Assembly (NCBI GenBank): GCA_010093605.1
Contig: MU004191.1
Span: forward strand, 289,397-342,185
Direction: 5' to 3'
DNA length: 52,789 nt
From: Lophium mytilinum
Lineage: Eukaryota
Position numbers and translations under genes: made by a program. The notes under the pieces are model-generated. The model made no database searches and was not told the origin of the DNA. It saw only the letters and a program-made list of their open reading frames with translations. Positions 35,226 to 48,800 of the stretch are shown here, piece after piece. Within the stretch, counting starts at the first letter, position 1, and the number at the start of each line of letters is the position of its first letter.

Positions 35226-35634
35226 TCTGGATGATACTGGAGGCGGAGGGGTAAGATTCAATAGGTACAGGCCGAATTGGTCGTTGTACATGGTTGCAAA
35301 TCAACCCGAATGCAGTGTTCAGGTGTCGATGTGCAGGCAGAGAAGGTTACGCGACCATATGATATGACGGGTGACATATGGAGCTAAAATTGAGACTCCG
35401 GCTGTCCCTATGCCACCTACTGTATGATACCCTGGCGTTCCATATCACTTTCAATAGCCGTTATCTTGCGCGGTAGGCGCTCTGACCTCTCCCAGGTTTG
35501 GGCAGGTCGGTTGATTCGAGTGAAGTATAGAACCCTCGAACTTTCCTAGCGTGTGAAGACTTAGAAGTATCTTGGCGGTCGATATTTGCATAAAAATATG
35601 CAAGTCGAAGATTGTTGTCAACCTTTAACTCCTA

Positions 35635-37060
35635 TCAGGCCATCCACGAGACTTTGTACATCCAGAAGCAACAAAGTTCGTTGGGAGCTCCGAAGGCAGT
35701 TCCGGCCATACCGAAGGGGGTCATCCGCCCACAAAATCCTCCCCTTTTAGAATTGGTTATGTATCGTTTCACAAGGACAACGAAGCCGGTGCTGGGGAAA
35801 ACACTCCCTTCTAACCAGAATTCGTCAGCATCATCTTCCGCCCGGGAAGAAACCAGCTGTAAAGAATCATCGTCGCTTCCTGCTGAGACCTCAAATTGGA
35901 CCTTAAATAAATGGTGCATAGTCGGAGCTCTTTGCGTGCCATGGGGGTCTAAAGGGATGTTACAGATGAACCCTATCCACTTCCCATCTTCAAGGAACCT
36001 CTTGGTGGCCATCATTGGTAAGTGGCGGGAAATAAGATCTGGACCATTCCCGGGAGCAAATGGTGAGGGTATATCCATGAAAACTGAGAGTGGGATAGCT
36101 TCGTAATTCAGAGGTGGGAAACTCCGAGGTAAGGTTTGGCCTAGAAGTGATACGGATAGCTTTGCGAATTCTACAGCAACCGCTGCAACTACTTTCAGCA
36201 GTAGACTGGCTAGAACGACGGGAAAATGTCGCTGGCTTGGTTGGTAAGAAGTTGCTAGATCCGTAAGCTGGTGCAGCAACGGAATCATCCAGCTTGCTGA
36301 TTTGATGTTACAAACTTCTTTCTCGCGAAGCTCCAGGAGTTTTGTTGTAGACGGTGCGCTTTTGTTCAGGGTTGAAAGCACGGACGCGGTGATGCAGAAT
36401 TGAAAGGGATATTTGTATGCGACAGGCCACTCCGTATTGTGGTAAACCAATCTTAGCGTATTATCATCGTGCATGGGATCTATCTTACGTCAACCTCGAT
36501 GTATAAAGCAGCTTGTCATTACGACTTAGCTTGGAAATCGAGAAAACCTTAGAAAACGTACAATGTCTCGCGGCTAATGACGGGCCCCATTTCAATATGC
36601 GCTCAATATGGCCGTGACGAGATTCCAAATTAGTGGTCTGCGTCATTTGATTGTCTGAAGGTATTATTTCATGGATGAAGTCATGGAGTTCTGATGATCT
36701 CGATGCTGCCAGTGCGAAGTTCTTCCAGAGCTGAAGTTCCGATTCATTATCGAGGAACGTCGAGTAGTCCCACTTTTGTCCTGCTAGGCTCACTTGGTGT
36801 TCGATGATGTTTCTGAAAGTTGTCCAGTGATTGCAGATATTGTGTATGTAACGCGAGACTTGGAGCAGGGTGAGTGTGGATTCACAAGGGCCCAAAGATG
36901 CGATATGCTGTATTATCTCCACTGGTAGCTCATTTAGCTTGAGCGATCGCTGTGGCACCTTTCGAGAAGGCTGGTAGACGGAGACGTCTCGAGAGCTTCG
37001 AAGCCTCATGTTTTGAGATGGCAGTGATGATGTTGAGGGGCACCGGACGTTTCGCGACAT
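35635..37060 (-). CDS. F-box-like domain protein; 2 exons
   Basis: LNELPVEIIQHIASL..LLQVSRYIHNIC near the N-terminus. Intron 36561-36480 (GTACGT..TAG) joins ORFs 36485..37060 and 35635..36474 in frame. C-terminal G.MTPFGMAG..CCFWMYK. Confidence 0.75.
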
Positions 37061-37299
37061 TTATCGGGTGCGAAATAGCGTAGAATCCTTGGCACATTTT
37101 TCTTAGCGTTTCTTACTAAACTTTATATAAGGATCGCGGGGAGCACTACCTATTTAAATATTAACCTATTAATATCCCCTTAATAATTTATAAGTAAGGT
37201 TATTTACCTATACTATATAACTACTTACTAATATTTTCTAGTATTCTAGTAAATCTTATATAAGAGCTCTACTTTACCTATACTACTAAAATATATTAC

Positions 37300-38440
37300 T
37301 ATAATTAGTACCTTCTTTCTATATTTTAACGCCTTAATATTATATAATATACTAAGCTAGGCTAGCTAGTAGTAGATATTATAATACTAGTAAAAGTATT
37401 ACTAGTAATAGTATATAATATATAGTAGAACTTAGTATATTATAGTACTCTAGTTAAACTATAATTCTTAAAGGCTAAATAACCTTATAAGCTTACCTAG
37501 GTAGATAAGAAAAAAGTCTTTAAGTAGCTTCTAGAGAAAGAGTAGAGAGACTAGAATAAGATTATTAAGTAGCTTAAAATAGAGTATAGTATTAAGGTTT
37601 TATAGATATATATCTCTTATATACTTAAATAGTATAAGTAGACTAGAAAGGCTATAAAGTATTAGTTAAATAGGGCTAGCTTTAAGTTTTAGCGCCTCTA
37701 TTTTAAGAATCTTATATAGTATAACCCTAAGAATCTTATTTTTCTTAATAAGTCTATTTTTAATAAGAAGACTAGCTAGTAGTACTATATATATATACCT
37801 ATTAGCTAGCCTACTTACTATAAGAATAATATAGTATATAGTAAGATATAGGCTATCTATACTATAATAATACTCTAGGGCTAGCTACTATATACTAGAG
37901 TAAGAGAAGAATACTTTAAAGTAGATAATTTCTATAACTAGGTTATTAATACACTTCTACTAGCTATTTAAGGAGAGTTTAATAGAGCTATTAAGGTAAT
38001 TATACTAGATAATATTAATATATATATAGATAATTAAATTATTAATAAGATTCTAGTATAGAGCTATATTATAAAGTACCTACTACTATACTTACCTAAT
38101 TTTAATCTAATTAAATTAACCTTTATAACTCTAAAGGTATAGATCTATTACTATTACTACTACCTACGCCTAGTATATTAGAACTTTAGTAACTTTCTAT
38201 AGGCTATAATAGAGTAGAGTTATTATAATAGATTTATTTATAAGTAGTTCTACTATACTACTAGAGGTATATATATATAAATAGAGAAGCTAAAGTAGAT
38301 TTAAATATACCTAGATATATATAAGAAAGGTAAAAAAAAGAATTAGGTAGAGAAGAAGTAGGTAGAGAAGAAGTAGATAGAGAAGAAGTAGATAGAAAAG
38401 AAGTAGGTAGAAAAGTAGATAAAGAAGAAGGCCTAAGTAT
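37300..38440 (+). mobile_element. RIP-inactivated Tc1/IS630-family (DD34E) transposase relic; terminal repeats not resolved
   Basis: One frame reads FLNKSIFNKKTS* at 37741 (de-RIP FLDESIFNEKTGW), ILDN with D at 38008, and YLLLYLPNFNLIK with K(E) at 38113 (de-RIP YLPPYSPDFNPIE). 34 codons lie between the second D and E. Confidence 0.82.
38344..38430 (+). repeat. 15-bp tandem repeat (GTAGRTAGAGAAGAA x ~5) at the 3' end of the transposase relic
   Basis: Directly visible; period is a multiple of 3, consistent with an acidic C-terminal tail. Confidence 0.85.
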
Positions 38441-40105
38441 ATACTTTATATAGCCTTTCTATTTAATATATACTCTATATATAGTATTACTATTTTAGTA
38501 TTACTATTTTAGCCTTACTATTTTTTATATACTCTATAAGGCTTAAGTATTAGTACTAGTAGATAATCTATAGCTTAAGTATTAGTATAGAGTAAAGTTA
38601 TATAGTAAAGCTTAATAGCTATTATTTATTTTTTCTATATATTCTTACCTCTCTTTTAACTCTTTTCTTTCTTTAAACTCTTATTAGGAAAACCTAAAAC
38701 TATAAAAGTTAGGGCTGTTAGTACTTAGTAGTAAACGGCGTAAACTTCTAGTAAACTATATAAATTACGCAACATCTATATAAACTACTAGCGCAGGTAA
38801 TATTACTATATAGACTAGTAGTAGTTTATCTATATACTATATAGCCTAATAATACTTAATTATTATCTATTATTTTAAACTATTAATAATTTAGTTCTAT
38901 AGTATCTTTTACCTAATTAGCCTTAGTAGTGCTAGAGCTAATATATATATACCCTATATATAATACTACCTATATTTTACTATAAAATAATTCTATTTAC
39001 CGCTCTTTCCTCTCTATAGTAGTGCAAGGCGGGGGTAGAAGTAAGTAGAGATAGTAAGTACTTAGGCTAGAATATCTAATCTTTATCCTATAAATAGTTA
39101 GTATAGTAAAGTTAGGGCTATAGTAGTTAAAAAGTAGATTTAATAGATATATAGAGGATAGATAGAAAAGATATAATCTATCTATTCTATAATTTAGTAC
39201 TAGGTCCGGCTTATAAATTATAATTAGAATACTTAAAATATTCTTAGGTAGACTCTTACTATATTACTACTAAGATCTATTATTTAAGAGTTAGGCTATA
39301 GTATATAACTATCTATAAATAATAAAAAGTATATAACTATTCTACTACTAATATAAGCTTTAGTAGTAGTCTTTTATATCTATATTATAGAATAGCCTCT
39401 AGTATTATAGCTATAACACTACCGCCTCTATAGCCTCTTTTTTCTATTTACTTCTTCTATATTTCTTATTTCCCTTTATATTAGTATACTTTACTTCTTC
39501 TACCTATATTTTAGATTGCCGCTCCTCTATTTATAGTCTTTTCTATTATACTTCTAACCTTAGAAGTTAGAATACTATTATTTTATAACCTAGCCTATAG
39601 TATACTTATGCGCTAAAAGGCGATAAGAATATATACTTTCTATCTAGCGGGGTAGTTATAGAACCTAAAATATACTTAAAGAAATAGGCTAGAGTCTCTT
39701 TTAGAATATAAAAATATAGAGGGTATACTATAATAATTATAGATAATCTTATATAATTCTAGATAATTTTACGCAGTACTATAAGAAGAGTTAGAGATAT
39801 TAGAGTAGAGGTAGCTTTATTTTCCCTTTCTCTACTATGTTATTATATAGTAGATAGTTATCTATTACTAGCGTATATAAGGGCTAGATTATCTCTATAA
39901 TACTAGATTAAAGTATATCTAGCGCTAGTAATAGAGTATATATTCTATCCGCCCGCTTATTTTTTAAGAAAAGTAGGGCTAGAGAAGTAATAGTTAAAGT
40001 AGAGTTAAAAGCTAGTAGGAAATATAGATATATAGTTATATATAGTAGTTAAAAAGATTAAGAGCTATATATATAAAAGATTATACTAGAACTAAGGCGC
40101 TATTA

Positions 40106-40237
40106 TATAGAGTAGAGCGGGAGAAATAGAGAAACTTAGTAGAAAAAAAATTCTATAGAGTAGAGTAGAAGAAATAGAGAAACCTAGTAGATAAAAAAGC
40201 TTATAGAGTAGAGTAGAAGAAATAGAGAAGCTTAGTA
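40106..40237. repeat. 48-bp tandem repeat x ~3
   Basis: TATAGAGTAGAG..GAAATAGAGAA.C.TAGTA units start at 40106, 40154 and 40202. Confidence 0.88.
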
Positions 40238-41584
40238 AGTAATATAAGCTAGTAATACTAGAGTATATTATCTTTATCTAATATAGCTCTATAGAACTAT
40301 ACTAGTCTAACTACTAATTTAGATATTAGTATACTATTAGCTTTCTATTATAGTAGATACTATTAGTAAGCTATATCTATATACTACCTCTTATTCTCTA
40401 TATTCTAGCTTTTTAGATAAGTTTCTACTAGCTTTAGCCTCTACTATAATTTATTAGTATATATAATTTTAATACCTACTATATTTTAAATAGTTAGCCT
40501 TAAGTTAATTTCTACTATAACTCTTCTACCTTTTTAACTCTTACTACCTTCTACTACTCTATAGTATAGAGAAAGAGATATAGGGTAGGCTTTTATACCT
40601 ATAAAATAGAGGAGAATAGTTCTATTATATATATAGGTAGGCGCTAGAAATTTAAGACTTAGGCGCATGTATTTTAACTAATAGTTACTATATACTTTTT
40701 TCTTAAGTATACTATTAGAATCTTATATAAGTGCGTCTTTATAGTAGTATACTATTATTACTAATAGTTATTTTTAATTAGCCTTAGGTTTAATCCCTTA
40801 TATTATAGCTTAACGCGCTAGGTATTATAACTATAAAATATCTCTAAATAGGTATTATAAAACTAGTAGTATTTTTAAGCGTATATAGTTTAAAGGGTTT
40901 ATATTAAAAGTAGGTAGATAAGTAGTTTCTAAGTTAGAGCTTAGAGTAAAGGTAGGCTCTAAGATATAAAATATATATATATACTATATATCTATTAAAA
41001 GTTAACTTAGTAGTAGTATAAGAGTATAGAAGGTATATAGAGAGTATATATAGATAGACTTATATAGTTCTATTTAAGGCCGCTTTCTATCTATATATAC
41101 GCTAGAAAATTAGTAATTTCTTAAGAAGGTACTTACTATACTAAGTATATATACCTTCTATATCTACTTTTAGGTATCTCTTAAATAATATTAGGGGAGT
41201 AGAAGATAGTAGAGTTAGTATTCTCTTTTTTATTTCTTACTATATAAGTATATATAATTTCTAAGGCCTCCTTAATACTAGTTTAAGCTATAATTAGGCC
41301 TATTTTAGCCTTATATAAGGCCGCCTCTACTATCTTTAAGCTATCTAGGTCTTCTATAGATAATACCTTCTCTATAGTATTTTTTTTATTCTAGTTAACT
41401 TTCTCTACCTAGTTCTTTCTATTATTAAAGTAGTATATATCTAATTTATCTTTATCTTCTATAAGGTTTATAGGCTCTAGTTTATTAAATAGCGCTTTAT
41501 ATTTATTCTTTAAGGTTATACCTTAAGTCTCTTATTCTAATACTACTATTCTTAAGTTCTTCTCTTTAGCCTTAGCTATTACTA

Positions 41585-41733
41585 AGGTCTCTAGTAATAA
41601 TAGCGCCTTTTATATACCTCTAGTCTTCTAGTATATTAAGGTCTATAGCTTATCTATAAAGATATAGGTCTCTAGTAATAATAGCGCTACTTATATACTT
41701 CTAGTCTTCTAGAATATTAAGATCTATAGCTTA
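41585..41733. repeat. 81-bp period tandem duplication
   Basis: AGGTCTCTAGTAATAATAGCGC..CTAGTCTTCTAG.ATATTAAG.TCTATAGCTTA at 41585 and 41666. Confidence 0.88.
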
Positions 41734-43184
41734 ACTACAAGAATATACTTAGTATAAATTTAGACTTCTAGTTAGAGATTATAGTTATCTTTCTTCTCTT
41801 TCTTTCTATATATAGCTGTATAGCAGCTAATAGTCTTACCTAAGGCGGCGTAATTTAAGTAGAATAATATTAGATTTATAAGGCTAACTTTAAATATAGA
41901 ACTATCTTTAGGGTTAATAAAGTAGGTATATATTAGTAAGAGGACTAAATATAGGTTAGTAAATATATAATCTTCTTATATATAGTAGCGGTGTATATTT
42001 TAGGTCTTAGTAGTAGTAGAAGGTCTTTCTAATATCTATATTAATAATTATAGATTAGAATATACTTAGTAGAGTAGGTATTAAAGTATAGCTTATATAT
42101 ATAATTAGTACTATACTACTAGTAATATTAAGTATATTTATAGATATATTAATTTAAAGTCTATAGCTCTTATATAGCTATACTACTATATTTTCTTTAC
42201 CTCTAGAGTATTTAAAGCTACTTTTATCTAAAACTATAGATACTATAAGCTCCTTATACTAGTAAATAGTTAGTAGATATAGATAGGAAAGTAGTAGATA
42301 GACTTATATAGGCCTAATTTTTAATAAAGAAGCTTTTAGAGCTATCTCTATAGGCCTTCTTTACTACCTCTAGTATAGTCTTTATCTCTAGCTTATTAAA
42401 CTAGCCGCCCTTTATATTACCTAATTCTTAACTTAAAACTAGGTATAGTAAATACTTATATATAGACTAGATAAGTATATTATATTTAATTTTAAAGTTA
42501 GTAATATCTTTCTAAGGGTACTAAAGAAATATAGTAGCTTTCTCTAGATTATCTCTACTATATATAGTATATAGCGCTTTAAAGTAGTCTATATAGCTAT
42601 TTATATAGATAGTAATAGTAAAGTCTACTAGTCTATTCTAGTAGACTACTATCTACTCTATTATAGTAGCGGGGTTATAGTAATTTAGGCTATTAAGCTA
42701 TTAGTAATATAGTAAGAAAGAGTATAGTAAGACTTATATATAAGAGTAAGGTTAGAGTTAGATTTTACTTACTAGCCTACTTAGTTATTAGTAGAGAAGG
42801 TAAAGGTTTTTACTAGCTATAATATAATGCGCGCCTGCCGGGTAAAGTAGATTTATAGCCTTAGCTTAGATAATAGATAATACTATATAGCCTAAGAAGT
42901 TAAATAGTTAAGGTAGACTTTATACTATTATAAAAGGGTAATAATCTCTAATTATAATTAATTATATTAAGTATTAGAGGTAATAGAGTAGAAGCTATAG
43001 GTAATACTAGGCTCTATAAAGAGTAGTCTTCTAGTATTAGGGCCTAAAGGTAAAGAATAATATATACTACTTTAGAATTAAAGAAAGAATTTAGGTCTAT
43101 TAAATAGAGTAGTAGGTCTACTAATAGAATACCTCTTAATATTATTAGAAATACAGCCTCTAATATTAGCTACTCTAGGTATTA

Positions 43185-43552
43185 CTTTAAATAGTTTATA
43201 GAGCGTAAATCTTAACTAGTATAACTAATTTATATATACCTGCGTAGTATTTAAATAAGTAGTAGCCCTACTTAATAAGAAGGGGTATAATAGAATTAAG
43301 ATAGGTAAGATAATATAAGTAGCAGGCTAACTCTAATTATAAAAGGGAGATATATATAATCTCTAATTATAATTAATAATCTATAAAAGAGAAGAGTTAA
43401 GTATATAAATAGTAAGAAAAATTAAATTACTAGTAATTAACTTATATATTAATATTTCTTTAAATAGTTTATAGGGCGTAAATCTTAACTAGTATAACTA
43501 ACTTATATATACCTGCGCGGTGTTTAAATAAGTAGTAGCCCTACTTAATAAG
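43185..43552. repeat. 95-bp direct repeat (43185-43279 and 43458-43552), second copy cut by the assembly gap
   Basis: Copies are identical except for a few C/T and G/A transitions. Confidence 0.88.
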
Positions 43553-43717
43553 NNNNNNNNNNNNNNNNNNNNNNNNNNNNNNNNNNNNNNNNNNNNNNNN
43601 NNNNNNNNNNNNNNNNNNNNNNNNNNNNNNNNNNNNNNNNNNNNNNNNNNNNNNNNNNNNNNNNNNNNNNNNNNNNNNNNNNNNNNNNNNNNNNNNNNNN
43701 NNNNNNNNNNNNNNNNN
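43553..43717. other. Assembly gap (Ns)
   Basis: Run of n characters. Confidence 1.
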
Positions 43718-44995
43718 GGTCTAGACTAGTATACTTATCTATAAGGCTAGTAGATCCGTAATCTATATATATTATAGTAGAAGATAATAGTTATAGGCTA
43801 AAGTATTTATTAGTATTTAGGTCTATATAGTAGACGCAACTATATATATAAAAGAATTTTAAAAAAGTAAAGGTTAGCGTTTTACCCGGTAACGCGTATA
43901 TATAAGTATTATAAATAATAAAGTCTTAATAGTATTACCTAAATAGCTAGAAAAGAGATATTATATTAGTAGATATCTATAGAAGAGGAGGTGCTTACTT
44001 ACCTCTTTAAGTAGGCTAATACTTACTAACTCTTCTAAATAATTTATCTTAGTATTATATCTTATAGTATAGGGCTATAAAAGAATTATATTCTAACTAT
44101 ATATAAATAGGTGTAGCTTTAATTAATAAAATACTTATTCTATTAGCTTAATATTATTAGCTAGAACGTTATATAGCTTATAGGTATTAGTTTAATAGAG
44201 CTAAAATATAGAATATTATTACTAATATACTTAAAGTTATAGAGGTAGAAGATATCCCCCTCTTTAGATATATATACTCTAGTAAAGGTAGAGGGTATTT
44301 TATAGTTCTAACCTAGTTTAAAGAGAGGTTTATCTATATTTAACTAGACTAGAATAGATAAGTATAGTTTAAGTATATTAAGGTCTATACCTTATACCTC
44401 TATCTTATAGTATTAATCTACTAGAAAGTAGTTTATAACTTAACTATAGCCTAGAACCTCTAGTATAGATAATATACTTACTATAGGCGCTATTTAGAGT
44501 TAATTACTATAAAGTATTAAGAAAAGAAAGTAATTAGGGGGTAGTAAGTTTAAGTAGCTAGTAAATTTAATTAGGCAGCCATTATTAGTAAAGAGAAATA
44601 GGTAAAGATAGTAATATATAATTTTAAAAAGTAAAGTAAGGTAGCGCTAGTAGAGTATACTAGTATTACCTAGTATTATAGAAATTATATAGAAAAGTAT
44701 ATAGTTATTATCTTATATTAATTAGCCTTAGAGGTTAATAAAGCTAAATAATACTTAATTATCTCTTAATAGTAGAGAAAAATTAAAAATATCTTTTCTT
44801 ACAGCCTTATTTCTACCTATACTATTACTTACTAGTGCTATAGCCCCTCTTTACTATACTACTTCTTAGTATTTACTAGCTTAGTTATAGAAGAGAGGTA
44901 TTAGTAAGTACTTTTACCTTTATACGCTTTACTAAAATCTCTACTATATCTTTAACTTTTAGGGTAGCTTTAATCTTTTTAACGCGACCGCTAAG

Positions 44996-45726
44996 TATTA
45001 TAAACCTAGAACGCGAGCTATCCTAGAATAAGTATTCTAGAAGGAGGACGGCCCTAGAATAGATATTCTAGAACTAATAGTGTGCTAGAATATAGGCTAT
45101 TCTAGAATAAATATTCTAGGACAAGTATAGTCCTAGAATAGAGGTACTAGAACCTAAGGGGACCTAGTATAGTAAGATAGATATAGTTCTAGCTATATCT
45201 ATATATAGGAGGGTATTTAAAAAATAGTAGAAAGATAACTAGAAAAGGTAGTAGTTATAGAATATAAGGTTATGTAATTAATTTTCTAGATCTTACTTAG
45301 TATAAACGCTAAGGGTAAGATTAAGAAGAGTAGAGGGTAATCTCTATAATCTTAGTAATCTTATATTAAGAATAGAGATTAAAGAGGATAAAGAGAGTAG
45401 AACTAAATTATATAAAGGTTAAATAACTATAAGAGTCTAGAGAATTCCCTATTATCTTTTATTCTTTATACTTAACTTCTTATTATATCTAGTATATAGA
45501 ACTTAATAGTAATTAATTATAACTTAAGTATCTTAACTATCTTTATATACTTTTAATACTATTAAAGCTACCTCCCTTTTAATATTCTACTTATTTATAC
45601 TTAAACCTTATATTACGTATTAGCCTATAACATAGTTAACTAGTAGGTAAGTAGAAATCTAACTATCTAGACTCTCTCTCTAAAGTCCTTTAGTATAATC
45701 TTTAGGTAAATAGGTAGTTTATAATA
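44996..45726 (+). repeat. 5' LTR (731 bp)
   Basis: Colinear with 51942-52672; the differences inspected are transitions. Confidence 0.95.
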
Positions 45727-45859
45727 CTTTAAGTACCTATAAGTATTAGATACCTATAGAATAAGTTAAGCTATTCTAGTAATATCTATAACTTTAGAAA
45801 TAACTAGTTAGCCTACTATAGTATAGCGTATAGTAGAGTAGGATAAATAGCTTATAGAG

Positions 45860-48800
45860 CTATGCACCGCAATATTATAGCTTTAGGTAAGGGCGGAGTA
45901 GTAGGCTTAGGCCTAGTTAACTAAGGTACCTTTACTAAGAAAGTATAATAGCACCTAAGGGAAGCTTAATAGCTTTCTTATAGAAATATAACTTTACCTT
46001 TACTATAACTAGGCTATATACCCTAAGGAACCTAATAAGGTTCTAGTAGTAGGTATATATCTAGAGGGTAATACCCTTATATAGTTCTACCTAATAATAG
46101 AAAATTTTCTTAATAATTCTGCGGATAAATAAGATAATAATACTAGAAGAGTCTTTAAAAACTATACTATCTTTAAGAAATATATTAGGGACATCTATAG
46201 AGACTCTAATATAACCTAAACTACTATATATAAACTCTAGTATCTTAAATAAACTAGAATAGTAGCGGAATACACGGCTAAGTTTTAATAGCATTTAGCG
46301 CGACTTAACTAGAATAAGAGCCCCCTAGTTAAATAGTATTACGCGGGTCTTATAGATAAGATTAAGGATAAGTTTATAAGTATTAACTAACTAACTAAAC
46401 TTAGTAAGATAGTTAAACTCTATAACTAGATTAATAACCGCCATATTAAGAGAATATTAGAAAAAAAGAGCTAGTAGAAACTAGCAGTAACTATAGGGAA
46501 GAGATAGAAGTACTCTTAGAATAATTACTATAGGGACTTAATAGATTTAGACTATATTAGTAAATAGGCCCTAAAGAAGAAATAGATAAAAAAGAAGAAC
46601 TCTAAGCCTAACTTTTAGAGGCTAAATAAGAACTAGCTTAAGAAATAGTATAATAATAACGCGTATCTATAGTGCGGTAAGACTAGCTACTACTAATAAG
46701 ACTATCTAGCGGGAGAGTTTAAGGGCAGTCTAGAAATAAGCACTAATACTAGAGTTACTATAATCTAGGACCAGCTACTAGAGAACGTAGAAATTCTACT
46801 TAACTAAGTATAGATTAATACTTGCATCTAGCGCAAGGTATACTAGATCTATAGAATGCTAATCTACTAAGGACTAGAGTATAAAATAGGATATTAGAAA
46901 ATCTATATAGACTATAATAGATATAATAAAGAGAAACTATTTCTTAGAGAAATTAGGGCCTAGTATATAGATACCTATACTAAGGTATAAAGAATATATA
47001 TAGAGTACTACGCTAGGTAAAAGCTTAAAGAAAGAGAATAGATATATAATGTATAAGAGAAACAGGCAGCTTATTATAAGAAGAGATAATAGTATAATAC
47101 GCTACTATAGATAATATATAAACTAGAGGAATATAATATCTATAGTTTATAATAAATAGATACTAATAGGTAAAGAGTAGTAAAGAAACTAATACTCTAT
47201 AGAAATATAAGTTTTATAGTATACTATAATAATAACTATTAAATACATTACTAGGCTAAGGAAGAAAGTAATTACTTCCCTTAGAAGGCAGAATTATAGA
47301 AGATAAGGGCGGATACTCTAAGACCCTCTACTAAGGTTAAACCTATAATACTAAAATAACCTACTAGTATCTTTATAGATAAAGAGTTAGCTAAAGTAAT
47401 AAAAAACCTTAATATAGATAAAGATTTTATTATAATTAATAATAAAGCCCTAGAAGACTAGGGCTTAGAAGAGTTAGATAACCCTAATACCTAGAAAAAT
47501 ATTAGCGCTAGAAACTAGCTTAACTAGATAGAAGAGACTATAGCGGAACTAATAGACGCCTCTATAGATAAGGAGTCTAGTAATAAGAATAACTATAGAA
47601 GTAATAAATACTAAGCACTCTATTAGATATAGTATAAGAATAGATATAGGTACTACTAAGAAGGAAAGAGAGTAATAGAATAGGATACTAAGGACTAGTA
47701 CTATCTACTCTTACGCTTAGTAGAATACTTTAAGAGTGCTAGATACTATATCTATAGCGTAGACCTATAGCCTAGGGTTCTAATAGATCTAAAAAACTAG
47801 TAGGCTACTAGACTAAGGAATTACTAGAAAATATAGTAATAATATTTCTAAGAAATATATATAGTATATAGCTCTAGTTATACTTATATATTAACTTTAA
47901 GATTAATAAGAGACTTAAAGGGAAAGTATTAGTAGATAGTAGAGTATTCTAGAGCTTTATATTACTAAGATAGGTAGAGAATAAAGACCTTCTATACTAA
48001 AAGAAATAGAAATCTAAGAAAGTCTAACTAGTAGATAACTAACTACTAGAGTATAGAGGAGGAGTAATTAACCTTAAAACCCGACCTATAATATTATTAG
48101 TAGCTAGCTATATAGAGACGCTATATATAAATATTATAGATATTAGAGGGCTAGATATAATTCTAGAATAGAATTAGCTCTACTAAAATAACCTAGTAAT
48201 TAACTAGAAGAAGAGAGAAATAAGACCGGTAGCCCGGGTGGCTGGGATTAGATAATTAGTTTAGTAATAACTAGAAAACTAGAAGAAAGAACTCTTTATA
48301 GGATAAATCTCTCTATATAAGATTAAGAGAATCTATAATAAATAACTAGCGGATATAGAAATTATCTAGCTATAATAAACGGCTACTATTAAAGAAGTAG
48401 TTATAGAGATACTATAAAAAGACTACTTAGAGTTTAAGGAACTCTTTAAGAAGAATATTAAGAACGCGCTACCTTAGAACTAACTATAGGACTATATAAT
48501 ACTACTTAAGAAAGGGGTAAAGCTAACCCTAAAATCTATCTATTTATTATCTTAAAATTAGTATAAGGCGCTATAAGAATATATTAAGATAAACCTAGCT
48601 AAGGGCTATATTAAGGAAAGTAAGAGCCTAATAGCCTTACTAATCCTCTTTATACCTAAGAAGAATAAAAAACTATAACTATATATAGACTATTAAAGAC
48701 TAAATAATATAATAATTAAGAATTACTATCTATTACTACTTATCTAGGAGTTGCAAGACTACTTATAAGAAGCTAAGTAGTTTACTAAGTTTAATATCTA

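Noticed and set aside
37120..38830. Terminal inverted repeats of the Tc1-like element
   Set aside because: No convincing inverted pair could be matched by eye after RIP.
17298..44990. Starship element boundaries or captain gene
   Set aside because: No DUF3435 tyrosine-recombinase motifs or diagnostic termini could be recognised; left open only for the RIP relic region.
46091..46294. 67-aa minus-strand ORF in the AT-rich block
   Set aside because: Chance ORF antisense to the RIP-mutated gag.
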